A stretch of 64,000 nucleotides of DNA from an uncultured candidate division WWE3 bacterium. GTDB taxonomy: Bacteria > Patescibacteriota > WWE3 > UBA101185 > UBA10185. Location of the stretch: contig CAIRNR010000007.1 of the NCBI GenBank assembly GCA_903879985.1, positions 5,382 through 69,381 on the forward strand, read 5' to 3'. The position numbers and the translations under genes were made by a program. Below the pieces are notes generated by a model. That model was given only the letters and a program-made list of their open reading frames with translations, was not told where the DNA came from and made no database searches. Positions 28,260 through 37,635 of this stretch are shown in pieces; within the stretch, counting starts at the first letter, position 1, and every line of letters begins with the position of its first letter.

Positions 28260-28712
28260 ATGACCGAACAAAACACACCAGAAACACAAACCGAGCAGAA
28301 ATTTACATGCATACACTGCGGCATAACCATTGAAGTAACACCTTTTATGGGAACAAATAACCGTAACCATTGCCCAACTTGTTTATGGTCAAAACACGTT
28401 GATGAAACAACAGGTGATCGAAAATCAACTTGTGGCGGCGCTATGGAACCAATTGGATTAACTTTCAAAAACGCTACAGGTGGTGCAACTGGTGAACTAA
28501 TGTTAATTCACGAATGCATGGAATGCGGGAAATTTAATATAAATAGAATAGCTGCCGATGACGATATAGATGCTATTAAAAAAGTGTTTGAAAATTCACT
28601 ACTTCCCGACATACGCTCAATAAGTAATAAACTTAAGCAGCAAAACATTCACTTAGCGACATATAAAGATTCCGAAGAAGTTCACACCCAACTTTTTGGT
28701 AAGAACAGTTGA
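28260..28712 (+). CDS. RNHCP-domain zinc-ribbon protein
   Basis: 'NNRNHCPTCLWSKHVDE' matches RNHCP, and there are extra CxxC pairs ('CIHCG', 'CMECG'). Confidence 0.6.
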   Translation: MTEQNTPETQTEQKFTCIHCGITIEVTPFMGTNNRNHCPTCLWSKHVDETTGDRKSTCGGAMEPIGLTFKNATGGATGELMLIHECMECGKFNINRIAADDDIDAIKKVFENSLLPDIRSISNKLKQQNIHLATYKDSEEVHTQLFGKNS

Positions 28713-28743
28713 TTATATTTTGGTCCACCTTTATCATATAAAA

Positions 28744-29376
28744 ATGTATATCGTCCTTGAAGGAATAATTGGAACTGGTAAAACTACGCAATCAAAAAAA
28801 CTTGCTGAATACCTGAAACAAAAATTTCCTGAAAAAGAGATTGTAACTACACGTGAGCCGGGCGGAACTGAAATTGCGGAAGTGATTCGTAAAGTTGTTC
28901 AAGGCACAGAATTCGAAGAAGAAATGGAATGTGTTTGCGAAGCATATTTGTATGCAGCTTCGCGTGCACAATCGTTACGAAAGATTGTTAAACCAGTAAT
29001 AGATAGAGGTGGCATAGTCGTTTCAGACAGAAGTTTTATTACCAGTTTAACAAACCAAGCATTTGGGCGTGATCTGGGTTTACAAAAAGTTTTGGATATA
29101 AACTTACCGGCCGTTGCCGAGATAATGCCGGATTTAGTATTATTCATGGACTTGGATATTAAAAAAGGTATGCTCCGAGCCTTTGACCAAAAAGGCGATA
29201 AATTCGAGTCTTTAGGTGAAGATTTCTACCAAAAAGTCTATAACGGTCACAATGAAGTAACCAAATTACCGATTTTTAAAGATAAATGGCTAAGTATCGA
29301 CGCGGATGGTACTATTGACGAGGTCTTTGAACGAGTTAAACTGGCTGTTGAGTCTTTTTTATTAAATCGTGTATAA
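28744..29376 (+). CDS. tmk: thymidylate kinase
   Basis: 'MYIVLEGIIGTGKTTQ' is the P-loop, 'TREPGGT' follows, and there is an LID region. The start is placed at the internal Met of ORF 28696..29376. Confidence 0.85.
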   Translation: MYIVLEGIIGTGKTTQSKKLAEYLKQKFPEKEIVTTREPGGTEIAEVIRKVVQGTEFEEEMECVCEAYLYAASRAQSLRKIVKPVIDRGGIVVSDRSFITSLTNQAFGRDLGLQKVLDINLPAVAEIMPDLVLFMDLDIKKGMLRAFDQKGDKFESLGEDFYQKVYNGHNEVTKLPIFKDKWLSIDADGTIDEVFERVKLAVESFLLNRV

Positions 29377-29398
29377 TGCTAAGGTTTTGTACTGGTGC

Positions 29399-29473
29399 GG
29401 GGGCGTAGCTCAGTGGTAGAGCATCTGCCTTTTAAGCAGAGTGTCGTGGGTCCGATCCCCACCGCCCTCACCA
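29399..29473 (+). tRNA. tRNA-Lys (TTT)
   Basis: Acceptor GGGGGCG/CGCCCTC, D-arm GCTC/GAGC, anticodon loop CTTTTAA, T-arm GTGGG/CCCAC, and an encoded CCA. Confidence 0.85.
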
Positions 29474-29618
29474 TAATTTCATTGTTCTACCAGACGCACT
29501 CTCTTATAGATATATACATCAAAAATACCAAACTAAATAAAAGATAACTTACAAATCAAAGCGGTGATATAATTTTATTGAACATAAAACGAATCTAGCT
29601 TAGGAAAGGAGAACTACT

Positions 29619-29771
29619 ATGTCCCCGTATCACGGTCCTGGAGAAGGTGACGAGGAAGAGTCCGCCGGTGAACAAGAAGAAGCCGCACAAACTGAGGAAG
29701 AACAGCTTTGGTCTCAGCGTGAGGAAGAACTTGAAGCACAGGGCGGATATACCGGCGACGAAGAAACTTAA
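29619..29771 (+). CDS. 50-aa acidic (Glu-rich) mini-protein, paralogue-like of 3280..3420
   Basis: GGAAAGGAG RBS. The product is MSPYHGPGEGDEEESAGEQEEAAQTEEEQLWSQREEELEAQGGYTGDEET*. The opening 'MS..GP' plus acidic run is the same as in the other copy. It lies 145 nt downstream of tRNA-Lys. Confidence 0.45.
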   Translation: MSPYHGPGEGDEEESAGEQEEAAQTEEEQLWSQREEELEAQGGYTGDEET

Positions 29772-29869
29772 ACAATGAGTTTACCTACCGGCATTAGCGT
29801 CATCCGTGGAGTGAGCAGATTTCAAGTTTTATAAACCTACGAGTCTGCCCACTCCAAAATTTTACACAT

Positions 29870-30316
29870 ATGATGTACATAAAATATTTAGACCAAGCAA
29901 AAATAGTTGGAAAATTCCAAACAATTGAGCAAATAGTAGCGGTAAAACCTCGTGTTGTTGAGGCAGTTGGATATCTTATAAAAGAGGATGATTCAGGATT
30001 TTTCATCGCCGCCACAATAAACGGACCTCAATATAACAATGTGTTATTTATTCCAAAAGAAGCAGTAGTAGAAGTTGTTAAAGAAACTGCTCAAAATTCA
30101 AACAACAATATGTTTGTTGAAATGGAATACATTGAAACACAGGGTATGGATAAAATATCAAAGGATAAGTTAGAAACAATGCCTAAGCCTCCTATTGTTA
30201 AGATTTGCGGATTTTTAGCTGTGGAAACCGAAGATACAATGTATATTGCTCAAGAAAAAAATACAGACGGTGCTTTTAGGACGATAACTCTTATTCCTAA
30301 AAAATATATTAAATAA
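29870..30316 (+). CDS. hypothetical protein (148 aa)
   Basis: The ORF is open, with no family assignment. Confidence 0.4.
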   Translation: MMYIKYLDQAKIVGKFQTIEQIVAVKPRVVEAVGYLIKEDDSGFFIAATINGPQYNNVLFIPKEAVVEVVKETAQNSNNNMFVEMEYIETQGMDKISKDKLETMPKPPIVKICGFLAVETEDTMYIAQEKNTDGAFRTITLIPKKYIK

Positions 30317-30325
30317 CAATATTCA

Positions 30326-31504
30326 CTAACGATAACCCTGCAAAACCCTTACTAAATTCTCATAAACAGCGGCATTTAGTAAATTGCCAGGAATCATATT
30401 CCAACTATAAATATAGACCAGTGGTATTACAACTAACATCAATAGCTTTGACCTGCGCGTCTGAAACAAATTACTTAAGGGTATCACTATAGTAAACGGC
30501 GCAATAGCCAGTAAACAGCGACTCAAATCAGTATGAATAACGAAAAGCATTAATAAAAAATATACTAAGGAATACTTAAAAAGCACTCCTCTATTACGGA
30601 TCTGATACAGACCAAATCCGTATAGTAAGTACATTAACAGATAAAACTCAGCAGAATGTGTATTTGCACTTTTTGAATACGCTACAAAAATTTCAAAAGG
30701 ATAGCTACCAAATAACCTTGAGTTATAAGACATGTACGCAAAAAAATCCCCGAATACGTGTTGATAATAGAAAAATGTAAGGAATAGCGGAATACCCCCA
30801 GCATAAATAATCCAAAGATTCCTATCACAAACTAATTTTTCTAGAAAGCTGTAAATCTGCACTATATATCCTTTGATATTTTTGGTAGCCGTGTGTTTTC
30901 GATTTTTGTAATGCTCAAAGAATAATTCAGTTAAATATATAGGTATCAATAAAATTCCGAATATTCTAGTAATACTGGCCAACCCAGCAAATAAAGAGGC
31001 CAAGGCATATTTCTTTTTATAAAAACATAATAATGATGTGATTAATAAGGCCAAGAAAATTCCTTCGGTAGCACCAAGATTGCGATATATTAAAATTCTA
31101 GGAGGCAAAAACAAAAGAAGGATTGCCGCCCAAAACGGTTGCTCCACAAGCTTAAGTTCTTTTACGAACAGATAAAAGATAACTGACAAATATATTGAAG
31201 AAATTATAGATACAAGCAACATCCCAATTTCATATCCTGAAAAAAAAGACATAAACCTTATTAACAGTGGATAAAAGGGTAGATGGCAAGAAAAGTAGGA
31301 AGGAGGGATTCCATAAAAGCTTAAGGGATTATTTTCGGGAATAGAATACAAGGTTTTCGCTACATACATGTAATTTGGGCCATCCCAATATCTTGTTAGA
31401 ACACTGATATTGTTACGAAATGGAAAATATAGTGCTAATGCTGCGATCAAAGTAATGAGTATTAGTATATAAATTTCGTTGAGATTTTTAGCTTTGCTGT
31501 TCAC
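30326..31504 (-). CDS. multi-TM membrane protein, glycosyltransferase-like (DUF2029/GT87-like)
   Basis: 392 aa and hydrophobic throughout. Confidence 0.4.
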   Translation of the reverse strand: MNSKAKNLNEIYILILITLIAALALYFPFRNNISVLTRYWDGPNYMYVAKTLYSIPENNPLSFYGIPPSYFSCHLPFYPLLIRFMSFFSGYEIGMLLVSIISSIYLSVIFYLFVKELKLVEQPFWAAILLLFLPPRILIYRNLGATEGIFLALLITSLLCFYKKKYALASLFAGLASITRIFGILLIPIYLTELFFEHYKNRKHTATKNIKGYIVQIYSFLEKLVCDRNLWIIYAGGIPLFLTFFYYQHVFGDFFAYMSYNSRLFGSYPFEIFVAYSKSANTHSAEFYLLMYLLYGFGLYQIRNRGVLFKYSLVYFLLMLFVIHTDLSRCLLAIAPFTIVIPLSNLFQTRRSKLLMLVVIPLVYIYSWNMIPGNLLNAAVYENLVRVLQGYR

Positions 31505-31590
31505 GTTCTTTATTATCTCATTTCTTTATGAAATAAAAAAAGACCACCTACTTTTTACAAAATAGATGGTCTAAAACAAAAACATTGGCG

Positions 31591-32139
31591 TCAGCAGAGT
31601 TCCGTAATTTTCCGACGAAATTCCACAAACGTGATTTCACCCTTATTGAGCCGTGCGAAATCGGGCATATACGAAGGCAAAAGCTCCGGTGGGTCAGCGA
31701 TAATCCCAGAAATCTTGAGAACAAGATCATTTTGATTGCCAACTTTGCAGGTTTTCAGAGCTTTAGACAAGACACGGCGCCGGTACATCATTCCGTTAGC
31801 GATTTTGATTAACGCACTAGGCAATATTTGATCGTCCACGCAACGCACTCCAGGTCTCTGGGGCTTTGTATCAACAACCGGCATGTACCAATAGATTATT
31901 GGGGGCAAGATGCCTTTGTGTGCGTCAATCGGTTTGCTCAATGTGTCACCGTAGGCGTAACAAACCATAAGCGAAATTTCCCGGCGGCGCATTACTTGAA
32001 GCGCTTCCTCAAAGGTATCTGCTGCAACGCTGAAACAGCCTGCATCCTCAAGCGCATCTCTGAAAGCGCTCATGTAATGCCGTGATTGAAAATCACCTAC
32101 ATACAGAATCACCACGGGTGTATGTCCCTTTTTAGCCAT
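31591..32139 (-). CDS. hypothetical protein (182 aa) in GC-rich island
   Basis: The segment has elevated GC. The N-terminal 'PVVILYVGDFQSR' has a Rossmann-like look, but I can assign no family. Confidence 0.45.
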   Translation of the reverse strand: MAKKGHTPVVILYVGDFQSRHYMSAFRDALEDAGCFSVAADTFEEALQVMRRREISLMVCYAYGDTLSKPIDAHKGILPPIIYWYMPVVDTKPQRPGVRCVDDQILPSALIKIANGMMYRRRVLSKALKTCKVGNQNDLVLKISGIIADPPELLPSYMPDFARLNKGEITFVEFRRKITELC

Positions 32140-32176
32140 TACTCACTCCTTTTAGTCTTATGAATGTGAATCAGTT

Positions 32177-32458
32177 TTAGTGTAGCCCTGGAACATCGTT
32201 TAAGATGGTTGCTTTAACTGCATAGTAACCGACATGCTTAAAGCCTTTTATGGTCTTATAATCACTATGCTGTGCCGGCGTTGAAATTTTCCAACATCCT
32301 TCCAGCGAATGTTCCGCGCCATACTTGAACAACGCAACTAAAATCTCCCCTGGTTTAACACGGTTGACTAAATCCTCAAACGTAGTTTCAACTAACGGGA
32401 TACCTTGCTGCGTAGCTACACCATAGGCTTCGTTTCTGCCTAAGTCACCAGAATACAT
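32177..32458 (-). CDS. hypothetical protein (93 aa) in GC-rich island
   Basis: The ORF is open and co-directional with 31591..32139. Confidence 0.4.
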   Translation of the reverse strand: MYSGDLGRNEAYGVATQQGIPLVETTFEDLVNRVKPGEILVALFKYGAEHSLEGCWKISTPAQHSDYKTIKGFKHVGYYAVKATILNDVPGLH

Positions 32459-32587
32459 TGTACCCTCCTAATCTATTGTAGTTTATTGAATCTAGGCGAT
32501 TTTAAACTCTTTTGATTTTAATTACAATTACCGCTTTTTGTGTGTTTTTGGTATACTACAGGGTACAAAATACTAAAAGAAGGAGGC

Positions 32588-32857
32588 ATGATGGGTCTGT
32601 TTGATTCACTGGATATGACGTTAACATGGGATTTCCTGGGAGTGAAGGAAATACCAGCAGGAAAAGCATTGATTATTAGCTACAAAAGAACCCTAGGATT
32701 TGATAGAGGTTCTGTCTATGAGGCTAGGATTACAAGCCAGAAAGAACTTGAGTTAAAAATTGAACACATCGGAGAATTCGAAGACACTCTGGATGCGTTA
32801 ATAACTTCAAAGGGCCTCAAGTACCAGGTTTTGGAAATGAGCTGGAAAGATATCTAA
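32588..32857 (+). CDS. hypothetical protein (~89 aa)
   Basis: AGGAGG RBS at 32581..32586, with ATGATG following. Confidence 0.4.
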   Translation: MMGLFDSLDMTLTWDFLGVKEIPAGKALIISYKRTLGFDRGSVYEARITSQKELELKIEHIGEFEDTLDALITSKGLKYQVLEMSWKDI

Positions 32858-32874
32858 GAAATAGGGAGAGAAAA

Positions 32875-33285
32875 ATGAAAAGTAAGTTTGTTCTAGGTTT
32901 AGTAATCGCTGGGCTGATCCTGCTATTAGGAATTATTATAGCAACAACCCTGGCACAGCTAGACGTGGCCAATAATGTAACCGACACTAAGGCCCAAATA
33001 AACGGCATTGCCTATGCAGCCGTCCTGGCGTCGTTCTTGCTGATTCCGTTGATGATTCTGCAATTCGCAAGAAAGCCAAAGATGCAAGCGTATGGGATCA
33101 TTGCATGCTGGGGAATCGTCTTTGGAACTTTCGGTTACCAGTTTCTTGGTATCACAGGCGTGTATTATCAGCTATTGGTTCCAGAAATCGGAAAATTAAT
33201 TATCTTTACAGGCATAGCCCTCTGTTTCGGAAGCTGCTTGTACGGATTAATTGGACATCATTTTCACCGGCTGAACTTCGCCTGA
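32875..33285 (+). CDS. small integral membrane protein (4 TM)
   Basis: GGGAGAGAAAA RBS, and hydrophobic. Confidence 0.45.
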   Translation: MKSKFVLGLVIAGLILLLGIIIATTLAQLDVANNVTDTKAQINGIAYAAVLASFLLIPLMILQFARKPKMQAYGIIACWGIVFGTFGYQFLGITGVYYQLLVPEIGKLIIFTGIALCFGSCLYGLIGHHFHRLNFA

Positions 33286-33410
33286 AAATCGATTCCGCAA
33301 CACAAAGCTCTAGTTAATAAAAAACTGGAGCTTTTTCTTTTCCCCTAATTTTTTCTTGCAAAACTACCCTGCTAGCTTATAATACCAACCTGTAGAAGGA
33401 GACGTAACCA

Positions 33411-33809
33411 ATGGAAAGTTTCAGATTTGATGAAAGATTGTGTATTAACTGTGATAGTCCATTACCAGCAGGAGCCGTATTGTTTTGCAAAGTGTGCAAA
33501 CCATCGAGTTATCCGGTAAGACAACGTGATCCGCATGAGCAAGATATTGTGGGTAACCTTAAACACTGCGACATTGCATATATTACGCCCGACACCGTGT
33601 TCCGCCATAAAAACAACAGACTGTATATATTGGACAGCTGCCGCTTTTATTTGGAACCGCATGATGATGCCAAAGTTCGGATTAAACGCCACGGCGGGCT
33701 AGTTTTGATTGATCGCTGTAGCCTTGGAAACTATAACTATCCCTGGCGCAATGGTGAAATGGATGACTGGAATCATATGATTTTGGTTGATTTAGTACAA
33801 TCGTTTTAA
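33411..33809 (+). CDS. hypothetical protein with N-terminal CxxC…CxxC zinc ribbon
   Basis: AGGAG RBS. The zinc-ribbon residues are 'CINCDSP…CKVCKP'. Confidence 0.45.
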   Translation: MESFRFDERLCINCDSPLPAGAVLFCKVCKPSSYPVRQRDPHEQDIVGNLKHCDIAYITPDTVFRHKNNRLYILDSCRFYLEPHDDAKVRIKRHGGLVLIDRCSLGNYNYPWRNGEMDDWNHMILVDLVQSF

Positions 33810-34106
33810 GACCTCTTATTTGTATCCTAAAGATACTTTAGGAGGTTATTTTTTTGATAAAACCACGATTCCGCACAATACCCTATAGTTTGACTAATTA
33901 GGCAGAATAACCTATAATACAAGGTGTTTCCAAGAAAGCACATTTAAAAAAGAATGTGGTAAGGCTGCGGGTAATTAGTGATTTAGACCACTAAATTGCT
34001 GATTGTCCGCAGTCTTTTGTCCTCATGACTCAAGATCCTAAGGGAGCGTTCCACACGCTTGCGGTGATGTTTTCACAACATGAGTAAGGTGACACAGGAG
34101 GTCACA

Positions 34107-34838
34107 ATGGAAAACAAAGTTATTGAAAAAGGCAACAAAAATGAAGAAGGTATCCAGAACACTGAGATACGGGCCGCTGTGATAGCGAATCGAAAAATGA
34201 TTGAAAAGAAGCTTCGCATTTTTTCGATCATCATGGTTGTATTGGTTGTGCTTGTAATTATTATCATTACACTTGCCAGCGCGTTGAACTCGATAAAATC
34301 AATCACCAACACTAACGGTATGATTGATCGAGCTATTGCTGCAAACAATAACAAGGCCACAATCATGAACTCCCTCGAAGTCGTTAACCTGATCATGGAT
34401 AAACGGGAAAAACGGATGCTGTTCCACATTGAGCAGACCACAGATAAATTCAATATCGAAATGCTGGGATCAAACTTAAAACATTTTAAATATGGCGCCA
34501 CGAACTGTGCAAAAGTTGGCGACTTTACCAGCATGAATGAAACTTCCCAGGAAAACGAATACGTAACCGAAGGCAAAGGCATCTGGATCTCGATTCAACT
34601 TTGCGGAGAAGGATATACTATGGTGGCTAATTCCCAAAACCTGGATCCAACCATAGCACTGCTTTGGATGCCCGAAGAAGCAATGATCGGGGTAACATCC
34701 TTCCGGGATTTTGAATACGCAGTCCGGAAGTACGCAATCGTTTATCATATCAACCAGGAAAGATTATCAATTTTGCTGGATATGGATGTAAACGCGCTAC
34801 CTCCAAATCAATTACTGCCCAAACCCCCAGCCCAATAA
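34107..34838 (+). CDS. membrane-anchored hypothetical protein (single TM + extracytoplasmic domain)
   Basis: AGGAGG RBS before 'MENKVIEKG'. It has one TM helix, 'IMVVLVVLVIIIITLASAL'. Confidence 0.45.
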   Translation: MENKVIEKGNKNEEGIQNTEIRAAVIANRKMIEKKLRIFSIIMVVLVVLVIIIITLASALNSIKSITNTNGMIDRAIAANNNKATIMNSLEVVNLIMDKREKRMLFHIEQTTDKFNIEMLGSNLKHFKYGATNCAKVGDFTSMNETSQENEYVTEGKGIWISIQLCGEGYTMVANSQNLDPTIALLWMPEEAMIGVTSFRDFEYAVRKYAIVYHINQERLSILLDMDVNALPPNQLLPKPPAQ

Positions 34839-34953
34839 TAACCTGCTGGGGCCATTTTAAAAAAATGTACGAACAAACCCCTTTTGAATAAAAACAAGAG
34901 GGGTTATTTTTTGCGCCAATCAGCGAAAAACACAAAAAACGCGATATTTCTTG

Positions 34954-35775
34954 CTAACCAAATCTCTTTACAGACAAACTAACATCCATAAACTCCTCAA
35001 TCCTCTCCAAAGCTTTAGTTCGTCCTGCAACCGTTCCAAAGTGTCCCCCATTTTCAATAACAGGCACAGCATCGTCTCCCATATCCTTTTTAAACTCCTC
35101 TACTCTGGCGTAATCCACATAAATATCTGAATTTCCAAACACGAATAACGTTGGATAGCGTTCATCCAGTTTTGTCTTTTCCTCGATTATTTTTAAAATC
35201 ACCAATGCTGATTTGTTATCAAACTGCAATAAAGCCTCTAAATCACCTGCGGAAACATTAATCCCAATTCTTTCGCTTAATATTTTTAAAATATCACTGG
35301 CACAAGCTTTTTTATAAATATCGGCAGGTAGCGCATCGCAAACACGTAACCCGATCTTTCCGGTTTCTGTGGCAACGCTATTACAAAAGTTAATTGGTGA
35401 TGACCATAAAGCTGTGGGTACAATTTTTCCTGAATCTGCAAACAACGAAGCGGCTTCCAAAGCTATTAATCCACCAAATGAAAATCCAATAAAACCAAAG
35501 TTATCCAAACCTAGCGCATCAACCAAATCCTTAACATATTGCCCGTACCCAGTAACATTTGTAATTCCATACATTGGAAGATATCCGTGGCCCGGTAAAT
35601 CCAGCAAAATAAAACGATAATCCTCAGGAACTGAATCTAGTAAGTCATTTATAGCGTCTTTGTTACTTGTGGCACCATGTAAAAACACAATAACTTTTTT
35701 ACTGTCACGTCGCCCAATATCGTAATACTGGTATTTTTTGCCTTTTATAACTTTATCTATTTGCTGCAAGATCAT
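34954..35775 (-). CDS. alpha/beta-hydrolase fold protein
   Basis: The 'VIVFLHGATSN' oxyanion region and the 'GFSFGG' nucleophile elbow are present. The track ORF starts at a TTG at 35850. The ATG at 35775 is given as the conservative start. Confidence 0.65.
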   Translation of the reverse strand: MILQQIDKVIKGKKYQYYDIGRRDSKKVIVFLHGATSNKDAINDLLDSVPEDYRFILLDLPGHGYLPMYGITNVTGYGQYVKDLVDALGLDNFGFIGFSFGGLIALEAASLFADSGKIVPTALWSSPINFCNSVATETGKIGLRVCDALPADIYKKACASDILKILSERIGINVSAGDLEALLQFDNKSALVILKIIEEKTKLDERYPTLFVFGNSDIYVDYARVEEFKKDMGDDAVPVIENGGHFGTVAGRTKALERIEEFMDVSLSVKRFG

Positions 35776-35846
35776 AACTAAAGTATAGCGTAGAAAAAAT
35801 AAGGATTCTGTTTTTTGGGCAAAATCCTTATATCTCCCACCTATAC

Positions 35847-36059
35847 TCAAACCTGTCGAAATTCATAGATGTGACTCCATGCTTCATTTGATATAACAAC
35901 AAGCTTACCGGCATATCTTCCTGTATTAATGCCAAAAGCGTTATTGCTAAACTGTTCAAGCACTGTGCCTTCTTCTAATATCAACGTCACACCACAATGA
36001 TCTACCCATAACCAATCGCGTACCTTGAAAACAATCCTTATGTCAACTTGTGTAGGCAT
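35847..36059 (-). CDS. small hypothetical protein (70 aa)
   Basis: The ORF is open and overlaps the hydrolase gene by 4 nt. Confidence 0.3.
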   Translation of the reverse strand: MPTQVDIRIVFKVRDWLWVDHCGVTLILEEGTVLEQFSNNAFGINTGRYAGKLVVISNEAWSHIYEFRQV

Positions 36060-36143
36060 AAATCATCTCCTTTTTATATTGTTACTATATTATGGATACG
36101 CAGAAATATATACGTCAAGAGTAATTGTCAGTATAATGAATTC

Positions 36144-37232
36144 ATGGATACGCCCACATCCTCAAGTGCTCAGTCTATAGCGGAACAAATCTTATATAAC
36201 GTTTCCGAAGGTATCTTTGCCGTTGATACCAATTACAACATCACTATTTTCAACTCTATTCTCGAAAAAATGCTTGGTCTAAGTAAAGAAAGCGTTATAG
36301 GAAAACCTTTTGATAAGATTATTTCCGTAGAATCAAAAACCAAAGAACCAATAGACCTTAAACAATATTTCTTTAAAACACAAGCTTTGTTTGATGTAAT
36401 TTTAAAAGGTCCCACTCAAAACTACTACGTTAATATTAAGTTCTCAGGTCTAAAGACTGAAACAAATACTGCCGAATGTTTAATAACAATGTCGGACACA
36501 ACAAAAGAAATCTCACTTGATAAAGCAAAAGACGACTTTCTGGCATTGGCCTCTCACGAACTTTTCACACCGCTTACAATTATTAAAAGTTATTTGTGGA
36601 TGTTAAATACTAATCAAGACGGAATCTTAAATGAAAAACAAGCCGAGTATGCTAACAAGGCATATCACAGTACTGAAACTTTAATTTCAATGGTTTCAGA
36701 CATGCTCAATGTTTCGCGACTTGAACAGGGAAGATTAACTTTTAATTGTAAAGCCGGAAAAATAGTTGCTACCGTTCAAGAAGCATTAAAAGGTTTTGAT
36801 ATTAAAGCTAAAGAAAAAAACATTAACTTAAAGTTTGATATCTCACAAATTCACACTGAGTTGGACGCATTTTACGATGAGGAAAAACTTAGAGGTTGTA
36901 TCGTAAATTATTTAGCCAATGCTATTAAGTTTACAAAAGAAGGTGGAGTAACTATAAAAATAGAAACGGATACCGATTTTGTAAAAATCTCTGTAACAGA
37001 TACTGGGGTTGGGGTTTCTGATAAGGATAGGTCAAAACTTTTTTCTAAATTTGGTAAAGGCGAAACATCTTACAACAAAATTGTAGAGTCTGGCGGAAAC
37101 GGATTAGGACTTTATATAGTTAAAATCTACGTTGAAGCAATGGGCGGACAAGTTGGTTATAATTCTGACGGTGATTTTAAGGGAAGTACGTTTTGGTTAA
37201 CTGTACCAAAGCACACAGTTCTGCACGATTAA
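36144..37232 (+). CDS. sensor histidine kinase (PAS-like N-terminus + HisKA + HATPase_c), orphan
   Basis: The H-box 'LASHELFTPLT', N-box 'NYLANAIKFT', G1 'DTGVGV' and G2 'GGNGLGL' are all present. There is no adjacent response regulator. Confidence 0.8.
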   Translation: MDTPTSSSAQSIAEQILYNVSEGIFAVDTNYNITIFNSILEKMLGLSKESVIGKPFDKIISVESKTKEPIDLKQYFFKTQALFDVILKGPTQNYYVNIKFSGLKTETNTAECLITMSDTTKEISLDKAKDDFLALASHELFTPLTIIKSYLWMLNTNQDGILNEKQAEYANKAYHSTETLISMVSDMLNVSRLEQGRLTFNCKAGKIVATVQEALKGFDIKAKEKNINLKFDISQIHTELDAFYDEEKLRGCIVNYLANAIKFTKEGGVTIKIETDTDFVKISVTDTGVGVSDKDRSKLFSKFGKGETSYNKIVESGGNGLGLYIVKIYVEAMGGQVGYNSDGDFKGSTFWLTVPKHTVLHD

Positions 37233-37239
37233 GTAAAAA

Positions 37240-37605
37240 TTACTTAACTTGTTTTAATTCTTTAATTCTCATTGCAGCTCTACCTACTTTATCTCTTAAG
37301 TAATAGAGTTTAGCTCTTCGAACTTTACCGTGTTTAAGAACTTCAATTTTATCGATATTAGGGGATTTTAAGACGAATATTCTTTCGACACCTACTGAGT
37401 CAGCAGCAATTCTTCGGACTGTGAAAGTCTTGGAAACGTCTGAACCGTGTCTGCAGATAACAATACCTTCAAATGGTTGAATACGTGTGTGGTCACCTTC
37501 AATAATTTTGTAGTGAACTTTAACAGTATCGCCGGCTCTAAAGTCGGGTAATGTTTTTTCTTCTTTAGTTGTTGTTGCGGTTGCGACCGCTTGAGTTTCT
37601 TCCAT
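37240..37605 (-). CDS. rplS: 50S ribosomal protein L19
   Basis: The '[26 protein letters not shown]…RRAKLYYLR' region is a conserved L19 sequence. Confidence 0.85.
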   Translation of the reverse strand: MEETQAVATATTTKEEKTLPDFRAGDTVKVHYKIIEGDHTRIQPFEGIVICRHGSDVSKTFTVRRIAADSVGVERIFVLKSPNIDKIEVLKHGKVRRAKLYYLRDKVGRAAMRIKELKQVK

Positions 37606-37635
37606 AAGCGGAGAAAGAATACCAAATTTATTTGA

